From the NCBI GenBank assembly GCA_003344405.1, contig NOWV01000320.1, forward strand, positions 1-48,959: a stretch of DNA of 48,959 nt, in the 5' to 3' direction. Under the pieces are notes generated by a model. It saw only the letters and a list, made by a program, of their open reading frames with translations. It had not been told where the DNA came from and searched no databases. The stretch is from Trichoplax sp. H2. Taxonomy: Eukaryota. Made by a program: the position numbers and the translations under genes. Positions 1 through 19,200 of this stretch are shown here, piece after piece (position 1 is the stretch's first letter; the number at the start of each line of letters is the position of its first letter).

Positions 1-465
1 CCTGTACAATACAGTACCAGTACCGAGCGAGTGCTCACGTGCTAGTAGTGAATCATGGTGAATGTAGTCCGGTATGGTGGTCTACCCCATACAGCCGACT
101 TCAGAAGTAGTCCAAATGTGGTGAAGAATCCACTATGAGACTACTTGCTGATCACCTGTATACTGTACTCAGTATACTGTATACAGTACGTATGTGGTGA
201 TTGATTGATTGGCATGGACTGGAGGAGTACTAGAAATTCTTCTTCTACAGATAATCAGATATTGCTAACTGCATATTGGTCTTATTTTGGACTGTTGAAG
301 TACTGTAGTTCTGATATTTCTTATACAGTGTACAGTACTGTACTGTCGTGAATCGCATATACAGTACTGTACTACAGTAACATCATATTACTGTACTGTA
401 CAAGTGTACAGTACAGTACTGTATGTTACAGTAAGACAGGGCAGTATTGTACTGTACTGTATACA

Positions 466-710
466 GTATGACCTGGACTGATCACTTTCGGACGGACAGA
501 CATACAATACAGTACAGTACTGTACAATGTACAGTACACAGCGATGGACTCACTACAATACTGTACTGTACTGTATGACCTGGACTGATCACTTTTGGAC
601 GGATAGACGACATACTGTACAATACAGTACCGTACAATGGACACTGCGATGGACTCACTACAATACAGTACTGTATGACCTGGACTGATCACTTTGGGAC
701 GGACAGACAC
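466..710 (+). repeat. Minisatellite, ~100-107 bp unit, about 2.4 copies
   Basis: GTATGACCTGGACTGATCACTTT-x-GGACGGAYAGAC recurs at 466, 573 and 673. GCGATGGACTCACTACAATA recurs at 541 and 646. Length differences are mainly 5-bp CWGTA insertions. Confidence 0.9.
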
Positions 711-970
711 CCCGGCTTCATTTCGCCAAAATATTATGCGAACACGTCGCTATGGTAGTGCTTAAATACGCAGACCGTCGATTTCAAATTGACTGATGCT
801 TTCTCAATTAAGGTTAAGTAATATTATATTGAATCTTATCTGTTACAAAGTTGTGCTTGAAAACAGTTATATACTGTAAGATCGGTAGATGCTATTTCAA
901 TGAGAACCAGTGATTTAGAAATAGACATTAAGATCCATTGGGTAAGAAAGTCTGCCTATCGGAGGCAGTA
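630..970 (+). repeat. Dispersed repeat of unknown family, copy A (inverted homologue at ~46913-47299)
   Basis: Manual alignment to the reverse complement of 46913-47299 gives collinear blocks: ACGGACAGA, CTTCATTTCGYCAAAATA, GCAGACCRYCGATTTSAAA..GACTGAT, AAGTAATAT, TGCTTG.AAACAGT, TACTGTAAGATCG, AGTGATTT, AAATAGACA, AAGATCCAT. Confidence 0.8.
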
Positions 971-3189
971 CTAGTTGTGCTCGTTGTGTTAGTGGACTGT
1001 AGTTCAATTTTCTCAAGCTAGAAATTGAGATTTTTCTCAAGTAGTCCATTGTCCAATAACATTTTGATAAGAATAAGAATGTCCAAGGTTACATTAGCAG
1101 TCAAACAAAAAATAGGAAATGTCAAAATCTCCTCTTGCCAGGAAAGCGTCATCTTTACGCCTGCGCAATAGAGTTGACATTTTGGGGTCAATCAAAAACT
1201 CATAAACTTGCAAACAAATGCTGTACAGTACACAGTGTACACCACTCTGCCGTGGATTACTTGAAGACTACCTACAGTATACAGTAGTACTATTCTTCTA
1301 GTAGCAGTTCTGAGTCTGCGTTCAGTACAGTACGGCATGACAAACAGACTGATCAAAACGAAGTCTACTCCAAATATCAATACAGCAAATTAATTTACAT
1401 TAGTGCTGTTCTCTGCCCTAAATTCTTGGTGGCAAGGATTAAAGTCTATAAAAACAGTTTACAGTACTGTATATGTCAACTGCAGGAGACAGCTGGTGAT
1501 AACGAACGTACGCATCGTTCTATTGACAGTATTTCATATGCAGTATGTTGATAAACTTGACACGATTCTCGTCTCCCGTCTCGATTCGTTTGGCTCAGAA
1601 AGATGGCCAGCAGCGCAACACAAGTACTGCCATGATGGCATTGGTTCTTGAAGAAAACCTTCTACACTAATAATAGCCCATGACTACAAGTACTGAGGAC
1701 GTGTATAATCGACTTTGCATTTCTCGAATATTTTTACGAGTATGCGCAAGCCTAGAATTGATCACATTAGGGAAACCCCTTATTATTACATAAAATATTA
1801 TGATTGTGGCATCCAGCAGATGCATGTACTATGGACTACTCCAATGACTATTTAATCATTTGAGTAGTCCATGGGCCATGGCTGTACTTGTACTTTGACA
1901 TTCCACAGTTTGCGCACAGGCAGTACTGGGGGCAGCTGAGAATAGGAGACTCCCCACGGTTGATACTCCAGCAGTCTTAAAATTGTTAACGGTACTTTAC
2001 AAAGCAGTGCAGCATCTGTGAAGCTTTTCCGGTAACAATTATGGATCAATTCATTCATTAATGAATTGATTATCTCCAATTATGCAATACTGTATGTAGA
2101 AAATTGAAATTCTATAAATCCAATAACAGAATGATTACAGACCATGGCATTAATCTAATGTAGATAGTCAATCGCATTATAGTAGGGGGATTGTTTGTAT
2201 GGCTCTGCAAATAGGGTCGCCAAATTTGTAAAAGTCACGACCATCACGACAGTTCTGACTGGTACATAACAGTACATAATACGTACCGTTTACTGTCGTC
2301 CATAGTACTGTACTGTATTCAATCGTGTTTTTTGTGAACTCTATCTATGGCTGTGCTGTAGATCAAAATTCCCAATTTTCTACATTGACTGTAGGATTTT
2401 CAATGGCTATGTTCCTTGATATTAGGAGACTGCGTTGTATTTTCGAGTCCTGCAGCAACAGTGCCTAATTAATTAAGTTAATTAAGCATGACTAAATGGT
2501 TATTCATCGTTACTCGTTAGCGATGTTTACCGCCCAGTACGATAGCGACCAAAAGCGAGATGATTTGATACACTAGATTTGAAAGTTCACACTCCGATAG
2601 CAGACGCTTGCTTCTTCTCACTGGCACTGGAATAGCATACCCCTACTGTAAATAATGACAGTGCAGTGCAGTAACTGCAATTGTCATGTCATGGATCGAA
2701 ATTTGCTATCACATCATACAGTACAGTGGGTTGCTAAGTGCAAATAAGTTCAGTTCAACAAGGTGCGCCATTATTCCTTCTTCGTCTTGTTCGAACGCAC
2801 CCACCCACCCATCCATGGTACGATACGATACGATACGGTACGGTACGGTATGGTCCATATGTGGGAGAGTACAGTACAGTGAGTACACTGGTTACTCATT
2901 CGTTCTGTACAGTGTACAGTCTGGTCCTTTTTTCCCAGCTACAGTACGTAGTGCAGTCATCCCATCACTCGATAGGATACTGTAGCGAGCTGTACAGTAC
3001 TACTGCATCATCCTCCATAGTGAAGAGCTGGACACGTGTCGCGAATGTCACAGCCTGGTGTGACGCTATGCCGCTGCAGTACAATGTACTGTACGGTGAC
3101 GCTCGGATGATATTTCCGCTATGTAATCATTACACTTGCCAGTCACGAACACCGCCTTGACTGTACACTGTACTCTGGCCTACTGTACT

Positions 3190-3335
3190 TGGATTGGACC
3201 ATGTGATCAGCCTTTGACGCGTATCACAATGGTAAGAGAATCCAAAGTCAATACGGCCGTCGATCACGTGAACACAGCCTGTGGCACGTATAAATATGGG
3301 CTGCCGGGAAGGCGAGTGCCACTCCTGCGCAGTCT
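3190..3335 (+). promoter_or_regulatory. Putative core promoter of the Na+/K+-ATPase alpha gene
   Basis: Locally GC-richer segment with reverse CCAAT (ATTGG 3193-3197), CRE-like TGACGC (~3215), E-box CACGTG (3265-3270) and TATAAAT (3289-3295), about 175 nt upstream of the ATG at 3468. Confidence 0.5.
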
Positions 3336-3467
3336 TTCTGAAACTGCGAACTAGCGGTGGTGGTAGATTTTAGCATTGGTCGACCATCGATTTCATCGCA
3401 GTTTACACTTTTTCATTGAATTTTTGAACTTGTTTATATACTTCTATCAATCTCCAATTAAACAAGT

Positions 3468-12311
<8,844 letters not shown>

Positions 12312-12706
12312 ATAATTATTACGGCCCCAGTAAGTTTCTTAGTACGATTTGCCTTCATGACATTTGATAATAATTTTTGTGCTTGTGCTTATGGAAAAGG
12401 TCGTACATTTTGTAGCTATTTTGTAGTATTAATATGTGAGCTCGTCTGAGAAGTATCTCAAAATTTGCAGGTTACTATAATACTGTAAACTTTTTCTTGG
12501 TATCTTACAGTAGTTAATTAATTTCATCACGTCTGTCGACAGCGACACGGCTTTTAGTTCTTATTTTTGAATTCTATCTTATGTTTACTGCTTTGGATTA
12601 ATATTTAGCATTAGCTGATACAGCTTATCAGTCAGTGTCATTATGCTTGAATGCTGGGTACGTAATAATATATATATATAGTAATATAACGTTTCGAATT
12701 GTGCCT

Positions 12707-12712
12707 AATAAA
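12707..12712 (+). terminator. Candidate polyadenylation signal of the ATPase gene
   Basis: First AATAAA seen downstream of the stop codon (~400 nt), followed by T-rich sequence. Confidence 0.4.
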
Positions 12713-14307
12713 AATCTCTTAATTAATTAACTATTAGTCAATTGTTCTATTTTACTGGGAGCTATTTCGATTTCATTACTTATTATAGACCATCGCATCT
12801 GCTTAGATAATGGTTGTTGTTGCTACTTTATATAATTGAAAATGATGTTGAATATATCGCTAGCAGTTAACCGCGTTTGAGTACTTGTGCAGCAATTTTT
12901 TGCTATCGTATTCTTTACGTACAATATATTATCATTCCATGCTCAATGTAATCTAAAAGAACCAAGTTGATCTAAAAAATAATTCATCAATTTTATATGT
13001 TGTCATTTGCTTTGTTAGACTTGGTCAAAACATTTCATAATTTATTAATGCTAATAAGCTAATAAATTTAAAATTATGAGGTACCGTACCCTATTAGGGC
13101 ATCGAGTTCACAGTAAAGACCAGATATTAATCATTTCAGTCACACATGCTGGAGAAAAGTAAAGTTGGAGGTCGAAGCAACAGTTAAAAAAATAACTTTA
13201 AATTTATTGTACATTATTAGATTAAACTAGAAATTGATTTTCTATCATTCTTTGGGTATTTGACGTTCCTCGCTACAACAAATTGGATAACTATTATTTC
13301 AATAATACAGATCGATTCAGAATATTAGATCGTATGACATTCGTAATTATCTATTTATACCAAGTCCTACATCCCTTGATAGTACTAATCGGTGTGGCGA
13401 GATAAAATTGAACAAGAAACTATAAAGTATACGTTTATTATCGCTTTGTCACAAATTTATAAGCGAATTATTAATTAAGATATGGAGCAAAGTAGTAACA
13501 GTTTAAGCCAATGTTGAATCTCAGAAGTTTGGCCCACATGTGTAAAGAGAACTTTAAAAACAATTTTTAGAAAATCAATTGATACGAATTCTGTACCCTT
13601 TTTGAGTACTTTCGATGCTTTCCCGGAATTGGGTGGAGTGCTAAAACGCCTTCGTATAAATGAAATACTGGAATACGATAAGATGCCGGCAAATTAAATT
13701 ATTAAATTGAAGATTTACTAAAATTCATGGATGCATAAACAGTTGCTTATAAGAATAAGTAGTGTTGACCTTACATTACTTATGGACATAACTTATCATA
13801 CGATAGATCAATGAGAAACAGGCATGCTATGATCGAGAATATTACTATGTATCATAAGTATATTTCAGCTATATTAATCTATTTTTACAAGCTAAATATG
13901 TAAATCAGCCTCGTCTACATATCGCAGACATGTAATCACTTTGCAATTTGAAAGTATAGTATCAAATTATGACGCTATTATTCAAAATTGATTGATACTT
14001 GTACGCAGGATACTAATCTGGCTAAATATTTAATTGTGCTTATGAAACAATTTGTGTATTTCAATACTAGATAACAAATAAAATGGCATAGCGATTTTAC
14101 TGCTTAATTTATAACGCTATTCGCGAAAATTAGAGATTTGAAATATTCGCCGTCTGGCTAGCGTAAATGCTAACTGAAGTATTATGATTAGCAAACATTT
14201 TGTCTACATACTAACTTTAATTTTTCTGTCGTGATATACATGTACAGATCACAGTTTAAAATAATTTATACTTTACAGTACAAGTAATATTAAGACTTCA
14301 TACCTAC

Positions 14308-16271
14308 CTATTTTAATCCAATAACAACCTGCTGGCCTAAAGCAAGCCTCCATTTCTATAGCATGACGGATAGATTGCATGATAGCAGTTGTTTTTTACA
14401 GCTAGCCATTCCATGAATCAAAATATCTTTATAATCCATATCGATCTCCTTCAGTTTATCACTGATTTCTTTGATGAAATTTGATCTCTCAGTACGGTAA
14501 CTATCTGGTGTTAAGGAAAGATTTGAAGCAAATCTTCTATAAATTTAAATCAATAGAAATGCAATTAATATTGAAATTATCCAGAGAGCAGCCATTATCT
14601 GTTTCATGGACATTAATATTTACTATTCTACAATTATGAGACCGTTCTCGATAATTTCTAAAATATCTGTGCAATAGTATTTAATGAACAAAACTAAGAT
14701 CATGATAGCATACCGATAGAATCATTATTCTGGCTCTAATCATTACTTTTATCCGATAGATTAGCTGCAGGTAATTGCTCTACAGATATTTTTATTTCTA
14801 CTACATCTTGAGCCATATCAAAGTATTGCCTTCATGTCTCCTCTGCAATTTATGCGATATCAGCGACTTGCATTTTTAACTAACCTAAATCCTGAGCCAT
14901 AGCCATGTTTCGTCTGTCTACCCTTTGAGATGTATCATTTATTCTATTCATTTCGGCAATTAGAGTATCAAATTTCTGTTCAAAATTTATCAGTAGACTT
15001 TGTGCATCGGTAGGCTTGTCATTTATCTTTGATAGTGCATTCTCTACTTCATAATGAATAATATCTACAAGATCGCTATTTAATTTCGACGTACTATTTT
15101 TTAACTCTTCTAAGGATGCTTTTACTTCTTCAAAATCATCAACAGGAGCAATTTTCATCTCTTTCTCTGCGTAATTTTTAAGCTCATGTACGTCAGAGAT
15201 GTAAAATTAGTTGAATAGAAAGGTTACACTGGAACTCTTCATCTTTAGGTTTCTGCACATGGTTAAGCCACTCATATTCAGTATCGTCATTCATTCGGCT
15301 AGATAGGCCTCCATCGATTATTGAATGTTTACGAAAACGCCAGGCTGGATAACGGTACCGTTGATCTGTCTTTAATTTATCTTTACGGTAGCAGTATTTG
15401 ACTCCATCTTTGCTATTTACTCATACTATACCTATCTAATAATTTACCTGTGTACTCATATTTCCCTAGCTGCTCTCCATAGATGATCACTTTTACATAC
15501 TTATCATACTTTGATTTATTCTTGTTATATTTAGCATTTTTTCTAAAACGCCAAAGAAAACCTACTTTGCTAATAGATGCTCAGACTGCAGTAAGTCTTC
15601 TCTAGGTGATTATTCTTCAATATAGTTAAGGATTCGATCACCACTTCCTTTGCATATTTCTTGATATACTGATAGTGGTAGTCAGATTTACTATCAATAT
15701 TGTAAATCTGATACTGAAGCATTCCAGCTAAGTCACAAACTATCATGGCTATCGATAATTTAGCAATTTTCAAACTAGGAGGCATAGCAGTGGCATTTTT
15801 AGCCTCTTTGCGATAATCAGATCGATTTTCTTCGCTTTATCAGCATATAAATGACCTTAATAGGAATCAGGAAATTTTGACTCAATGGTATATATCCACT
15901 AAGACTTTCCAATATTTTTGCTCGTTCCCCGGCTTTAGCTGGTACTTTATATTCTATAAGCAGCGAATGCACCAATAATTTACGTTTTTAACCTTCGAAT
16001 AAACGCAACCAAAAAGTGTTTAAATTTAAGGGCGCCACCAGTATTCAATTCCTCAGTAGTAGTGACCGTCCTTGATCGTCTTAATTATGTGCAACGATTC
16101 GCCGATCTTACCAGTTTTCCTTTTTATTCTTGACTCATGGTGCCCTTTTCCTTGAATGATGCTATTGCAGGAGATAATTTTAACATCTACTGATACTTTC
16201 CGTGTTAAAATAGGTTTTTTCCCTTTAGCCACTTGTATAACAGAAGTGATAACAGAATATTCCAGTGCAAT
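14308..16271 (-). pseudogene. Decayed Apaf-1-like NB-ARC (AP-ATPase/STAND) gene, truncated after the RNBS-A motif
   Basis: Minus-strand translation from 14537 to 14308 gives RFASNLSLTPDSYRTERSNFIKEISDKLKEIDMDYKDILIHGMASC(KK, frameshift)TTAIMQSIRHAIEMEACFRPAGCYWIKIG followed by a gtaggt donor. This parallels Apaf-1 (VPQRP...RKKLV...IHGMAGCGKS...CFPGGVHWVSVG). Upstream coiled-coil and N-terminal frames (ORFs 14880-15158, 15570-15785, 16053-16280) are linked through in-frame stops and frameshifts. The 5' boundary is uncertain. Confidence 0.8.
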
Positions 16272-19200
16272 CTGCGACAATTTAATACATGTTAGCTAAA
16301 AATTACGCTAATTTTATTTCAACTTTAACATATACAAATACCCTCACTATGATCTCCACTCTAACTATTCCGTTATTGTACAGTGCTTAATAACAGGTTT
16401 TGATAATATAATATAAACTACAACCTATTTAATTATCACCTTATATCAATGCTTTGGCTTATAGCTATAACTATTTCAATCTAATCAAGTGAATTTATTT
16501 TTGCATCCTCCAATGTTACTTCTAGCTTAACTCGTAGATAATTATAGGACGCCTTCATAGAACAGCTTCAATTCATTAGTGTCACGATGTTGATTCTTGT
16601 TATGTATAAATTAATTCTAGTTAGTAGTGCTAATGGACGATGACATGATTATGTTTATGATATTTAATTTAACACCAACCTTATTATCGAGTTATTATTA
16701 ATTTTAGTCTCTTAAATGATTTAGTGGTGCTGATTCTCTAGGTCTTAATTGATCGTTAATTGATTTATATTAATTACGGTTGTTTACTGTTAGATTCTAT
16801 AGTATGTTATATTATAAATCTATCTCTCATTCTAATACTAATGTTAGTAAATTGTACAACCGGCATATTTCAACAATGCCCCATTAGTTTATGGCAAATG
16901 TATATAAGCCAGTGTAACGTTTTAGTTGACTAATTATCTCTTAGTCGTACACAAAGGTTTATACTTTTGTATATACTAAGAATAAAGACTCTTAAAAGCT
17001 AAACAAACTTCTACCCGCTTATAGTACTTGTGAGACAGTAGTCAGTCTAATTCGCAGTATTAATTTATCTCCTTAGTTAGTAGGAGCTCGTTAAGTAGCT
17101 AGTGAAATAGCTTAGTCGATCACAACGACGAGAAGTAACAATTAGATATTTTATATCTTGTCTGATGATTTATGAACTGTATTACCATCTATCTTTCTAG
17201 TTTTTTCTTTACCTAACAGCTTCAATTCATTGCATATGTCAGCTTATTCTCACATTTCATTATAAGTGATTAAATATCGTACTTCTTATTACAATTTTAC
17301 GTAGGTGTCCAGGTATGTAAATCCATCACCGTTCATTTGTACGTTAATAAATTAGTTCTGGGTAATAATAATTATTACCCTTGATTGCCAATAGCGAAAA
17401 TTATTTCCCTTTATGCCATTTAATCTAGCCGTAGCATTATATTGCATAATAGGAAGTGGATAGTTGAAAATTTATTTTTTACCAACCATTTTGTCCGCTG
17501 TTGACTTATTATAATGACGAAATCATCACAAGAAATTGATTAACTACAGCACCTGAAATAATAGCGAAAATAGTTGATGCAATCCTAACATTATCAAGCG
17601 CGCTATAACCCCTTGTGCCGGCTCTTTCGACATCCCCTCCCGTAAGACAGAGACAAGAATATTTACCATTCTTTTACTCACTAGCTTTACCAGCTGCAAA
17701 ATATTTGCTTAAAGAAAAACATTTTTAAAGCTAGAGATAGATTCATGGGCAGTTGCATTCAAAAAGAAACAGATCCATTTTTTGATCCCATCCTTTATTT
17801 ATTGCAATAGATCAATTATTGACAAAAAATAATTTATTGGTCTGTTATATACTGTGAAACATAAAGCGAGAACTTTCCGCTTAACCTTCAGCCATAAAAG
17901 TTGGACAAATTGAGGAAGATTGTCATATATCGTGACATTAATGACCCTTTATTTGGAATAGAGTAGTACTATAATTACGGTATATTTTAATTTCATTTTA
18001 AAGTGTATAGCCGTCAGAGTTCCTAAATCGCTAAAAGTAAAGCGTGACTGATAGGACTTAAACTTTGAAGTATTAATAAATCAAGATCTATCTTAATATA
18101 AGTAAATAGTATCCCATTTTAATAAAATCGAAAGCTAAATGTGAATAAAGCAATTAACAATGGTATATTAATGGATGGAGGAAAGCGAAAGTAAAATGTA
18201 TTATTCATACTATGCTATAAAATGATGATTGTTTTAAATTCCATTTGCGATTAAATATTAGTGCTATCTAGGGTGTTATTGATAGCCTGATATTTCGTCG
18301 CATAAAAGAAATCTATTATAGATTTCGTTATATTATAAATGTGCTTTTTGGTTGCGCATCTAAACAACAGCGAACAATATGTTACACCTCTTTATGAAGT
18401 AGAGGTTTATCATCCCGAATAATCAATAAGGATAAAGATTAATTTCATCCAATTTTTAATTAGGGACATAAATGTAGAAATTAATAATGTTTTCCATTTT
18501 TGTTTAGTAAAAGCAGTAATTAATTATTCTATATAATTATTAGAAAGAACTTTTCTTTTAAAAGTTCCTGTACAACCAATAGAATCACCGGCAGATAATA
18601 GATTGATTATTATATACCATCTTCGAAATTATTACGCAATAATACGTAAGTATTTCCACATTTTTCTGTTATATTCCCTTAATTATACAGATTTTTAAAC
18701 CGTGGATATCTATTTTCATGTAGAATCTTATTTGCCTATCAATTTACTGGATGCCATACAGTAACAACAAGCACCTGTATATGATTTACTAGGGCTATTG
18801 GCGGGATTTTAGTTTATGTTGTTTACTAATGAATGACTTTATTTACTCTCACATAACTTCATCCATGCACGCTATTAATAATATTCACGCATTTATATAG
18901 CATACAAAACCATTTAAAATTAATTTCGCAGTATTACAGGCCAAATAAACCTAAGCTTCTAATAAGTTTCATCTCACAGTACTTGCAAATATATTTCCAA
19001 TTCCTTAGCCTATCATAACCACATACCTTTTATCGATACTGATAGAATTCCTACTGCTAGTTGCTCACAGATGCATTTGCTGTTCCGTTGCCGATCATAA
19101 TAAATATAATGCTGTATAACCTAGATCGTAAATACCAATAGTATCTAGGGTAATGATATATAAAACGTTGGTATGGGTACAATTAATATCAATTAATATT

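Larger units (their letters stand above)
1..3190. repeat. Region densely peppered with TACAGTA/TACTGTA (TA-CWG-TA) motifs and short (CWGTA)n runs
   Basis: Many TACAGTA/TACTGTA heptamers, often chained in mixed orientation (e.g. 330-345, 360-425, 505-535, 557-575, 2870-2880). They are much sparser in the 16-43 kb interior. Confidence 0.85.

Noticed and set aside
426..3354. ORFs 426-710, 1192-1380, 1403-1651, 1852-2079, 2686-2985, 2738-3160 and 3136-3354
   Set aside because: Several are Y/S/T/V/Q/C-rich translations produced by CWGTA runs and tandem repeats. None has a recognisable domain.
14560..14900. Stop-codon reassignment (TAA/TAG = Gln) or readthrough in the minus-strand gene
   Set aside because: TGA stops and frameshifts are also present and the P-loop is broken. 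Both intact genes end in TAA and have no internal stops, so pseudogenisation is the simpler explanation.
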